Source: Trichoplax adhaerens
Lineage: Eukaryota > Animalia > Placozoa
Reading direction: 5' to 3'
Length of the DNA: 64,000 bases
Assembly (NCBI RefSeq): GCF_000150275.1
Contig: NW_002060959.1
Span: 680,371 to 744,370, forward strand
Shown: positions 25,356 through 37,443 of the stretch, one piece after another
How positions within the stretch are numbered: the stretch's first letter is position 1
Layout: every line of letters starts with the position of its first letter
The notes under the pieces: generated by a model
Seen by the model: only the letters and a program-made list of their open reading frames with translations
What the model was told of the DNA's origin: nothing
Database searches by the model: none
Program-made: the position numbers and the translations under genes

Positions 25356-26228
25356 GCGTTCCCGAATTCAATTAACCTTAGATATACTCTACAGACGATA
25401 TAATGTAAAAATAATCTGGTTAGCCGAATGATGCACACTATAATACGTAGCAATAGTTTGAATATGATTCATTATTTACCTAGACATAGCGAGCTTCTGC
25501 GTATTCATATGCTAGCGTAATGTAAGAAGATTTTAAGATGCTATTTAACTTTTCCTGCGTATAAGTGAATTTTTTTCCGTTGTACAGTATATTTACTTCT
25601 CTCTTTTTAACGGCTTATGAAATCTATTATCGAATTGAATAAATGGAATTCGAATATTTAATTGTCAAACTTTTATGTATATCGATTACTTGTATCATAC
25701 CATGCATTTCTTATAAGTAGACTTTTTCCCCTATCTCTTTAACTCAAATCCGTCATTCACTTATTCAATTAAACGTCTTACTGCCTGCATTGTAGTTAAA
25801 TGGCACGTTTTATTCTTGTTTTAGTTAGTAAAACAGCGTCGTCAAGATCATAAAGAACTTGTAAATACAAAAACTGCTGCTGTATATGTCTAGCGTTAAT
25901 TAAGCATTGCTTTGTACATGATATATTTAAAGGCGATATATCACTGTCGTTGCAAAATATTTAAGCCTTAGTTATAAATACCAAGATGGGGTGCAAATTA
26001 GCTGATATCTATCACAGAATTAAATTGATAATTTTTTAGACTAGCTCGATAAATTCAAATGCAAGTAAATTAATAAAAAACCAAGCAGCGGTCCATCAAT
26101 GGGACGTTGTAGAAGGTAATTAAAAATCTTATAACAGAATATAGAGATTATTTAAGAATATCTCCATTGCATTCATGGATTATTCTAGTGTCTTTGATAT
26201 TACTATAAATTAAAATATACAAATTTCA

Positions 26229-29200
26229 TTAGCGACGTCTGGTACTCTTCTTCTTTTTAATCGTATTGCTGATTTCTCTTTTAATTATTTCCTTGCTTTT
26301 TCTATCTGGTACAGCTGATTCAATTAGATCATCAATTTCATCATTGTTGAAACGTCCCGTTTTGGCAAGATCGATAATAAAGCTTCTGTCATTATTCTAC
26401 GATAGAAATAAAAAATCGTTCAAATGTGAGTAAATAACAGAGACCAGAAAGACATAGTTAGATAAAGACGAGTATAATCTCGACCCGTATAGAAAAATAG
26501 CTTAGTGAGTAATGAATATAGCCCTGTAGACCTTACCAGCATCTCTTTCTTCAGCTCATAATCCAACTGCTTCGTTAACTTACTAACTTGACGATTTAAT
26601 TCAAGCTGCATTTCCCTTTGCAAATCCTGCATATAAAAGAGAATCATTTTTTAACGCTGCAGTAAAGGCTTGCAATCTTTCATTTATTATGATATCTTAC
26701 TTGACGTTCGTATTTATGCCTTTGCTCCAGTAACATATGATTTACTACAGCAGATGGTGAGCTAAAATGAGACGGTAAAGACGAGAGTTATTATACAAAC
26801 TTCAATAAATGAAATACTATCGTCGAATTGTTGCTGCTGTCTTCGTAAATCACTTTATGTATTACTACATACGGGCTATATGACTATATAAAATATGTTA
26901 GAACTTACTTCTTGCCAATGACACCAACTCCTTTAATTTCTTTCCGTAGTTTGCTTTGCAATTGCCTATATGATCAATTAAAACACATTAATATAAGTCA
27001 ATAAAACTCATACCGATAAATCAATTGCATATTAAATATTCAACTTGAAGATCACAATACTGACTTTTCTCGTTGTTGCTTTATTCTCTCTACTCTTTCA
27101 CGAACATCTGACATGTTTCTCTCTTTCGCCCTAATCACATCAATAAAATGATGATTAGCGATTTTTTATGACAGATAGGACTGGATGTACTAAAATTATC
27201 AAATATATTATGATGCCATCAAAATCTCCCTTACTCCTTAGCTTGTGAAAGCAGTATATGTTGCTGCTCTTTCATAGTGTCGATAATTCGGCTACTCTTT
27301 GCCTCTAGTGGAGATTTACCATCTTCGGCTATAGCATCAACCATTTTATCCTGTTTCATCATTAAAAATTGAAATAAACAAATGGTTTGTGTCTGTTATT
27401 CTAACAAAACTTTTAATCAATATTCTATTTCCTAGCAGTAAGATTCATGGATCCTATATCTTATCATCGTAAGTAGAATAATTTCTTCGAACCAACCTTG
27501 AGGCGAGCAATGGCATCGCTTTGTCGCTGTATAATCGATTGGCGTCGATTTTGTCCAAGCTATACAAAAAGCAATGAAAAAATTGAAATTTATATTTTAA
27601 TTACCTTTCACAATACTAATGCTTTACTATATAGGGCGAAGCATGTACGTTACATTGCACAAGGATATCCTTGAGCAGTAATGGTAGTATACAATAATTG
27701 TATACCCCCAATAGGGTTGTGATATGTTTCCTTACCTGTAGTCGTGCCAAGAGAATACCCAGTTCTTTATCTTGTTCCTTAACCAATTCCTCTGTTTCAA
27801 GCTGTATTTTACTAAATGATGTGCGAAAAGTTATTAGGTGCAAATGAAAAGATGTAGTCGTAGCCTTTTAAATCCTTTAGAGATTCAAATGGCTATGGAA
27901 TAGAATCCCAAACAAATTAATGCTTCTGCTAACCTTCTTAACCAATCTAGGCCTTCCTCTTCATCTTCTTCTATCTTATTGACTTCTTCCTGCATTGTAG
28001 CTTCCTGTTAACAATATTAGCATTGGTGATGGTGTTACAATTCGGTGTTCAAATGATATCATACGTTGCAGCTAATATTATCATGAAAAATAATAGCTTA
28101 TATTGGAATGAAAATAGGCCATTTTCGAACTGCAGTGGTTTAAAGCAGTAAATGGCAACTTTAATTTTCATAAACTTGCCTGTTGTTCCAATAATTGGCG
28201 CCTTTCTTCATCAGATAAGTTGCTCATATTTGCTCGTTCCTTAGCTTGATCCTTTCTAAGATCAGTTATTTTCCCTTGCCGTTTTGCTAAACGTTGTTCT
28301 AGCCTAAAATGAAAATTTGGGTTATAATTAATATTATTTTAAGGATTAAGGAGTAAAATAGCGTCAATTTATGCAATTTTTAATGCAGTTTATAATTAAT
28401 AGAAGGCCTTAAATTCTACCTTTTATGCTGTCTCATTTTTGTTATTCGTAGTTGATTATTTAATTCGTTGACTTTTTGCTTATGTTCCATTAGGAGTTGA
28501 TTTTTAGTGCTGTAAACAACATTGCCAAAATAAGGTTATTTCATTTAAGCTTGGAATGATTAGAAATTGAGTTTGATTAAATGCCTTGACAAAACTAAAT
28601 ACTATTGAAGCCCAATACGACAATCCATATGTCTTAATTTACGTTAATTTACTTACTCTTCAGACAGGTCAGCTTGAGAGTTAAGAACTTCATTAAAAGC
28701 TTTTTCCTGTTCTTCAATAAGTTCTTGCTGTTCAAGTTTCTCATCTTTTTCTTTCTCGGCTTGTTTCTATGCGGAAAGCAGGAATTTTTCAAAATTTTTG
28801 CTGAATGCACTTGCAAATTTTCACTCAACCGTGCGAGAGCGTAACAATTTTTAAAACTACATCTTGTAATATAAGCTATTAGCGTCTATAATATCGCAAT
28901 CTAGGCGACCAATGTAATGTAACTAACAGCTGAAACTCTAACATGATTAGCTGTCTAGTCATACAGCACGCGTTACTCTTATAACTGAATAAATTGTAAT
29001 TTTTTATAAATGCTCATCAAATCTTATTGCTAAAGCTAGCTGACTCTAGACATGAATATGGTCTGAAGTACTCTAACACTACGAAGCCTTCATATCTACT
29101 ACGCCTATATTCTGATAATACTATTAAAAGTTGGGCTAGATATTTGCTTTTATAGTGAAGGAGAAAAGTATGATGTAGCTTTACCTTCTTTTTCTCTTTC

Positions 29201-32200
29201 AACCTCTCCTTAAGCTTAGCTTGTTGACGACTGCGTTCATCTTCCAATTTAGCTATTATAAGATAGCAAATAATCAAGATGAGAACAATTTCATCTACTA
29301 TAGCGTAGTAATTAGAACTTATAGTTCATTAATTAATGGATTAGTTTACTCTTAGGCAATTGTTCATACCGCGCAATTCATTGACATTTTCTTCATAAGT
29401 TTTCATGAGCTTAGAAGCTTCTTTATCACTCAATTTTGCCAATTCTCGCAATCCAGAGAAAAATTCGGAGTCTTTTTCAGCGATGAGATCTTGTAGTTTT
29501 AAGTTCATTCTCTACAATGAAGTAGGTAAGCCGCGTTAATTACTTCTATAATCGGTATAATTTTGACATAGCCTTGATCTAGTTTACCACTAATGTACAT
29601 ACACAAATTTACCTGTTTCAAGTCGTGAAATTCACGAGTTTCATTTTCGTCTAATTGGGTAGAAATATCGTGACTTTGTCTTCGTTGATCCGTTAACAAT
29701 TCTTGGTATTCTGCAATAAAGCCTGTAATTGGGACAGCACCCGAACTGACAGCACGGATCTGAAATTTCAATTGGTAGATCACCACTTCAGTTAATTTAG
29801 TAGAGGATTTTTAAGCTACCAGCTTACGAATACGAATCTTTAAAAATGACCTTTAGATTTGATGAGACTGTAAGTATTTACATGTTACTAGACTTACCTT
29901 TCTATCAAATTCAGCTTTCTCTTCTCCATGCTGGATATTTAAATGTCTCATTTTCTTCTTTCTTCTTTTATTCAATTTTTGCACTAACATCTCTTGCTCT
30001 CTATCGCGTTCTAATCAAAAGGATTAAGTAAATATATCCGTCAAATCAAACTAACTTAATAAGCGGTAGGTTACAGTTTGGATAGAATTTTCGGTAGATC
30101 TAGGCAGTATTTTAACTCTCTCTATGGTAATGATCTGTATCAAAAGTAAATAAGCTTACCTTCAGTTAATCGTTTTTGCACGTTTTCGAGCTGCTCAGCA
30201 AAATTCTTTTCTATTCTATTATTGAAAATCAGGTTTAAGAATTTGTATAGCTGTACCTATGATAGTGTATCCCTCGATATCCTACTCTATCGACTTTTAC
30301 GATAGTCTTAAGTTAATATCTTTATGACGTCTCGTATAAGTAACGATTTAATTAAAAATCTTACTTTGCAATATTTTCGTCGGTTAATTTCTTGTCAGCT
30401 TTGAGCTTATTAAAAATGTCCTTATGTTTGCTAACAGGAACAGTGACAATCTCTAATTCCTACAACGTGATATTAATAGTAACAATAAGAACATGATCCG
30501 AATGGTTATTCGCTGAAACTTTTATTTCTTTACTGAGTTATGATCATCAAGCTAAGACACAAAATTTGAACACCATTAAGATAGACAAAGTAACAAGAAG
30601 GAATAAAAATTCCCGTTCTGAAATATACTTTACGTTTCTATGTATTTTTAGTTGCTGTTGCAATATAGCCTAGTAATTTTTTCAACTGTATACACCAATA
30701 AAATTACGATTCTATGCCTTATTGGTTACTATTATAATGCAGCCTAGTAATTTCTTTATTCAGCCATATAGCTAATGAACGCAAGTCTACATCGATAAAA
30801 ACATTTTGATTTACGGTACCTCTTCTTCCAGTTGATTTATTTTTTGTAAGGCATTTTTTCTTTTATTTAAGCGATCGACTAAAATCTGTTCAATTTGTTA
30901 AAAGATAAGATCAGTCTATAATTACTCTATCCTACTATCACCGGATTATTACAAGTCGAGTACTTTACCTGATTTTGACGATTCAGTTCTTCTTGGTATT
31001 TCTTGTCTACTACAGTCATGTTGGTAATGATTTGTCCCATAACTTCATTTATCTACTCACAGAAAAGAGAAATAGTTTCATTATAAGTGTACAGCTTTCT
31101 ATGAAAATGGTTCTTAATAAGTCGTATTTAGAGTTTATTATCGCTTAAGCCGGCAATTTTTTACCTGCTCTTCAGAAAGATCTGTTGCTATGATTCGTAT
31201 GTCTTCTGATGCTTTAGCTTTACAATTTTGGATTATTTTAGCCTTGATGAAGGAAAAAAATAAGCGTTACGATATAGGAAGATAAGGTTCCAAATTACTA
31301 ACTTTGCTTCAGTGAATTTAATCAAGATCAAATTTACCGTTTTCTTATTCTGCTGTTTGTAGATTTCTTCTAGTTCCTCTTCTTTTTCATCAGTCATTTT
31401 AGTACCAAATCTTCCTTCAATTTCCTGTTGACATAGGTAAAGAAGGTAAAGATAAATACGACATTAATTCTCAAGCTTGGTAGATTTATAGTGGAATGGA
31501 AAGCAACTAGCTATCAAACCTTCTCCTTAATCTGCTTTTGATTTGTAATATTTTCGTTTTCATCGCTTATAAACTATATTAAATAATAACGATTTAAGAT
31601 TTATTTTTTAATAGAGTGAATCATCACAACATTTGATTTTAAACAATCCGTAATTTAAAATCAGTGTATGCCTACCTGTTCATAATCTGTAATGACATGT
31701 TTAACATCGTTGTCAGCAATATGACCTTGCTCTTGCAATGTCACTAAAACCGCTTTGAGTAGTAGGATAAAAGTCTGTTCAGATAAAAGCGTTCATTAAA
31801 GATTTAGATTCAAGCAGCAAAATGTGGCATAAGACGGAAATTGTATTTATAAAATTAATAGAAAGAATACGTGCTTGTGAGTTCTTTAGATTCTAGATCT
31901 ATGATTTTTACCTCTTGCTTTTCCTTGTGCATTGCAGTTTCTAAATGGGTTAAATAACGGAGATCTTGTTCTTGAAGTTCATTTTCTATTTGTTGACTGT
32001 ATTCAATAGTAACCAATTATAATTAGATATATCGCATTCTTGTATTAATTCATCTATTTTCTATTCTGATAATGAAGAAAAAGGGGTGCTAGAAATGAAT
32101 TCTATAACAGCAATTTTACCTTGTGGATTGTGTAAACACTGCGGTTAAGCTTTGGCTAATGTCGTGATCCTTTTTAGGCGAAGGTAAAGCCGTAGAACTT

Positions 32201-33428
32201 TCTACCACTGAGTTTTGCGCTGAATCTCTCATATCTGCATTATAGCTCTCATCCAATAACGGTTTTTTCTCAATATTAGATGATGACTATATGCGTACAA
32301 AAAAGGTTCAAAATAAATCATGATGAGAATTATTTACTTCATTAATTTACCAACTTTATTCATGCTTTTATATACCACGAATATAGTTGTACTTTCGAAA
32401 TTAGATACTGTAGTAATAATATTAAAGTTTGAAAAATGATATTTTTTAGGGTGGAAGGAGGTGGGTTCAAGTATATTTAAAAATTTACGTGGTTCTCGTA
32501 TTTTTATATACTCTGATTTAAGACATCCGATTAAGATATGTTATATACTGTATATACTTAATGTCCTATTTTATGCTATTCCTTATGAGCTACAACTCTT
32601 TCAATATTGAAGTTTTAATACGCGTATAAAAAATTTCGATTTGAACTATTTACGTATATTGAGTCCAACATTACGGAAGGTACAGAAGTCTTAAAAGTCA
32701 ATAAGTTACCGTCATAAAATAGAACATAAATACCACGGAGAATAACACAGAAGATATGGCTTTCATTTATGTAGTACCTTTTTACTAAAGGATTTCATGG
32801 TGATTGCTCCTTCCTCCATAACTACAGCAGAATTGCGCTAAAAATGGAATAAAAGAACATTTCATCTCTATTCTTACATATCAGCAAAAGATTAATTTTA
32901 AAAGCAATTAAGAGTTTGACTGCATTGTTATCCATAGAATATTTTTAGTTTTTTACCATCGCGATAGTAGTATCGTGGAATAAATTATGATTTTAATTGA
33001 TTCTATGTTGCTTGTACTGTAACCGTACTAGACAAATATGTGGCAAGACAACTATTTAGACTATAATATTAAACACGCGCTTGAATAATAACATTTTACA
33101 GCATCTTAAATTCAAAGAAACAGCTTGTTAACTTTGAGAAAGAAGGGAAGCTTTTTATGATCATCTTGTACAGTATTCATGTACTAGACAGGAGAGATTT
33201 TTTATTTTCAATCTAGAGTTATTACATGTTGCAATAACTAATGAAACTAACCTTTGGCTGGTTAAAAGAGCGATAAAGAGCATAACTTATGATAACACCG
33301 AATGCAACTCCAATAGCAATCCCTATGATTGCGGCAACAGTCGTCCAAACTGAATCGGTAACTTCCACTGTTTGAGATAACACTGGTACAATAATGCATC
33401 CAGGTATATTGGTAGTATTCGTTGCCAT
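26229..33428 (-). CDS. Ellis-van Creveld family (EVC/EVC2-like) single-pass membrane coiled-coil protein, more than 20 exons
   Basis: Exon 1 (33428-33252) encodes a short N-terminus and a TM helix (VWTTVAAIIGIAIGVAFGVIISYALY). Many small exons give coiled coil; SQSLTAVFTQSTSQQIENELQEQDLRYLTHLETAMHKEKQETFILLLKAVLVTLQEQGHIADNDV and GFIAEYQELLTDQRRQSHDISTQLDENETREFHDLK resemble recalled post-TM segments of EVC2/limbin. Last exon ends KKKSTRRR* at 26229. The gene itself is secure; the family call is less so. Confidence 0.7.
28005..28179 (-). other. Non-canonical GC-AG intron in the EVC-like gene
   Basis: The upstream exon ends TTG GAA CAA CAG|gcaagt and read-through meets TGA within four codons; the next exon begins ttgttaacag|GAA GCT ACA in phase 0, and the nearby GT is in phase 1. 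Confidence 0.75.
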
Positions 33429-33922
33429 CTTTGGATTATTGTAATTGAAAAAGGATTGATTAATTAATGGACCGAATGAATAAAAAAGGGTGAGATCTTC
33501 TCTCACTTGATTTACCAAGATGCTTTATTCTACTAGATATTTAATTTCAAATAATATCCCAGGAGTGACTTTAGATCCTGATTTTCCCAATCAATATTAA
33601 AATACAACAGCAATTCAACAACTCTTGCAAGAATCCAAGCTTTTGACCAATGAATTGGACCAACGGCGATAGCACCGTCAGGAAGAAGAGTTCTGATGCT
33701 AATAATTCACTTGGAGTAACCTTTATTGATACAAGTCGGCTACGAATACGATAGTAGTGTTAGCAATAGCGTGTAATGGTATTAATCAATCGTTTGGAAC
33801 CCACTTTCTAAATATATATTTCGCTTGTAGTGAGAGTATAGAAAGCGATGAAAATTATGTCATACTGTGAGCTAGTTGTATAGAGACCAGGCTGCCTTGA
33901 CGTTTTTCCAAACGTAAACACG

Positions 33923-34005
33923 GTTGCACAGGGCAACCATTGTTCATCTTCAACGAGGTCATTCAAGCCCGCAACCGTGCCTTCTTGTGACGTCATGTGA
34001 CGTCG
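33923..34005. promoter_or_regulatory. Candidate promoter motifs upstream of the EVC-like gene: X-box-like site and tandem CRE sites
   Basis: GTTGCACAGGGCAAC (33923-33937, one mismatch to the RFX consensus GTNRCC-N0-3-RGYAAC), TGACGTCA (33988-33995) and TGACGTCG (33998-34005) in a locally GC-richer patch about 500-580 bp from the ATG. Confidence 0.35.
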
Positions 34006-34788
34006 ACGCCCGAAGCGTTATCAGAGACTGCGCAGGACTACCTTCAACAGTTGGCGTGGAATATGCATTCAATATGGAAGCTAGCGATAAATGAATTAGA
34101 AATGGCGCTTGGATAGGCACAGTAATTCTATAAATAGCATGATTCTATACATGAATTTGCAACTGGAATTGAATGATTGTTGGATGGATAGATTGACAAG
34201 CACTAGACGAACACCATAGGATAGTAGGTCATGAAAAAGAGTCCAATAGCTCGTTGAAACATCGTTGAGATATCATCGATGTGGGGTAAAGTTGCCTGTT
34301 TACAACATGTCGATAGTGTGCCCAGACTAATAGATGGAGTATTTAGTTGTGTAATTTTTGTAGAGTATGGAGTGAACTATCGCATATTCATGATTAGTAC
34401 AAGATACAAGTATAGCTGGTAGATGAGAAGTGGAATGAGCAAAGGATCGACTAGGGATTTATGACTGTATAATCAATGAACGTCAAAATGGTTATACGAG
34501 ATATGCTCAGTGCGTAGTTAGTAAGTCAGTGATAACAGGTACTGTAAATTAGTCTAAGGTATAAGTACAGTGGGTAGACGCAAAGTCGAACGAGTGATGG
34601 ATCGACTAGTAATTAATTAATTAGAATGTATTGAAGTCCTATGCCTATAGACCGTTATGACGACGTGACTTGTAAAATGGTTGGAGCAACCGAACATGTA
34701 ACAGCGACTGATAATTTATGTATTACAAACTTGAAAGAAATAGAATTAATCAATACTGTGATAAAAAGTAATCAAAATATCCAGAGTC

Positions 34789-35485
34789 AATTGCTCAAGG
34801 TTGTACTGATCCGTCTGCATCGAACTGGAGCCAAATTTAAAGTATATTTCTTCACCATTGAAAGACATCATTGAAGGCAACACAAAGTCCACTTGCAGCG
34901 CCAGTTGTAATAAAATTCACTGTAATCGAAACGTTGTTAGATAATACTATAATAGTAGGCTATCTTATTACATTTTTGGGAGATCAGTGTCAAGACCAGA
35001 GATTGATCAAGTCGATTATAATAAGTAAAAGCTTGGCTTATAGTATACAGTACAGTACAACGATCTTATCCATTAGTGATTCGCAATCTACATTGCATAT
35101 TACATATTAGCGATTACCTTATTAGATAAGGTTGCTGACGTTAACACAATGAAGATAAGGTTTCTGTACTAATATAAATCCTTCTGTATTGACGTTTGTA
35201 ACTATTCATATCAATTAATGTTACAACTATAGCTGAATATCTTTCATATTGCTCAAGGCTGTACTGATCTGTCTGCATAGAATTGGAGCAAGTTTAAAGT
35301 ATACTTCTTCTTCACAATTGAAAGACATCACTTAAGGCAACACTATGGCTGAATATCTTTCAAGAGCCAATTGCTCAAGGTTGTACTGATCTGTCTGCAT
35401 AGTATTGCAACCAAGTTGAAAGTATACTTTTTCTTCACAATTGAAAGACATCATTTAAGGCAACACTGCAGCTGAACATCTTTCA
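34789..35485. repeat. Three copies of an approximately 95-120 bp repeat
   Basis: 'ttgctcaagg.tgtactgatc.gtctgcat...aaagtata.tt.ttc...ttgaaagacatca.t.aaggcaacac' at about 34791, 35249 and 35371. Confidence 0.88.
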
Positions 35486-36757
35486 ACCATTTCAGAGGGC
35501 TCGCCACGCCTCGGTCATAGTAGTCTTATATATGATTAGTGTGAACATGTAAATGAGTAATAAGTATACTGCACTGAAAGGACAGTTAGTAGACGCCAAG
35601 CAGAAGGAGCGAGATATACAGTGTAATGTAGAACAAGTAGTCCATGACTATACTATACAATTCATTAATTAATCTAGGCCTAAACAATCATTCTAATGGT
35701 CGTAGCCATACTACGTAGAGTGTTGGCCAAAGTCAAGGTCTACGACTAGTAGCTCTTGATGCTGTACACTGCTTTCTCTCTTCAAAATCGATGATTTCTA
35801 GAGACTACCTTTGATGGAATTTGAGCATGTCCTGTACTGTACAATATATCGTAATTCAATTTGACTTTCCTGAATCTAGTTCTCATCGGGTCAAGATAAA
35901 TCAACTCATGGGTCATTTTTTACAAGAACAGACCCTTCATACACAGGAATCCCATCAAGATTTGTACAGTTGAAGTGGTTTATGGACAGTGTTATCATGT
36001 ACATTAGCATTCAGGCCTTCACTTTGGCATCCAATCAATTAGATCATTTTGTACGCAGTCCTATCGTAGTACACCACTGTCTCTCTATGTATGTTTTCAA
36101 CTAGCCAATATGGCGTCTAACTCTAGTATGATATAGCCTGAGAAGGTACCGTAAAACTCGATTGAGTGTGCTTGCAGCAGGGATTGCATTACTAGAAATA
36201 GGTTAAGAGTGAGGTAAGCCACAATCATTAGTAGGGTAAATAATCCATTAGCTGGGAAAAAGAAGGTAGTGGAGAATGAGGCTGTCTAGACTCTAAACCG
36301 GTATTACAGAGGTGTAGCGAATCCAGTAAAATAATTGAAGTATGTTGAGCTATAGAATTGAATTCTATCTTGCAATTTGGCTCCTCGCGGACAGATCAGT
36401 ACAACCTTGATCTCAACCTCTTTTGGAATACTTTTACTTTACTTTTATTGCAATATGGAGTAATTTTATTTCCTTCCAATTTGTCATACAAACTAATTCA
36501 CTCATTCTTAGTCCACGGACTACGGACGGACGGTCGAACCATTTGAGCTACTCATCTATAGAATATCCTAACCGATTCAAATCGTCTATACAGTTGGTGT
36601 ATTTTTAACGCGTTGACGGAACAAGACAGCAAATCATTCTTCATGTTGCATTACATCCTACACTCGCTACAACACCATGACAGTAAGTACAGTATTTCTA
36701 TAAGCTGTATACAACTACATGCGTAGTAGGGGTAGCGGTAGCTCATTCTAGGTCGCC

Positions 36758-36779
36758 TGATTGGATGACGTCATCAATC
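36758..36779. promoter_or_regulatory. Candidate CCAAT box plus CRE upstream of MGAT2
   Basis: tgATTGGatgacgtcatcaatc: inverted CCAAT (36760-36764) next to the palindrome gaTGACGTCAtc (core 36766-36773), about 680 bp before the ATG. Confidence 0.35.
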
Positions 36780-37443
36780 CTAGAAGGCTGGACACACTAC
36801 AGTATACTGTAGAATACCTTCATACCGTTCTATAGTGAAACGTAGTGGGGAAGAAGGCGTGCAAGACTTTGCTAGCGAGCTTTCCATTCAACCTTGTCTG
36901 GTTGCCACATCTACGGAAATACAAGGGTGGAGGCCATGCAGCCTCGATTTAAGAATTGCTGGAAAAAGTGCTTAAATCGTCATTGTGGGAAAAGTAAATT
37001 CCATCATTGATCGACTTACAAGCAGTAGACTCCTTTAGCATGCCAACCGTAGGCAGTTGGTCAACACGATAGAGAGATACATTGGCTAAACATCGACCCT
37101 ACTTTTCATCGTTTGGATTGGCATGATCCAACAACAAATTGGTATTGCCTTCCATTGCTTGGTGATCATCAACAACGTTGTTCTGATGAGATGCATTACA
37201 GCCATCTCTAGGCTAGTATAGATCCAATTGTAGTACAAGAGAAAAGTAAAAATAGCCAAGTGCAAACGTCCAGTTTATCGATCAGTATTATTCTTCGGTC
37301 TCATCTAGTCTGATTGCCGGGTCATCACGCCTTGACAAAGGAACGAACTGTCTCTTCTTCCATCAACGCTGTTTACAATCTTCATGGAATAAAGAAGCGG
37401 ATGGTAGTCCTCATTGCTTAACCATTTGTAGTAAATTTGAAAG

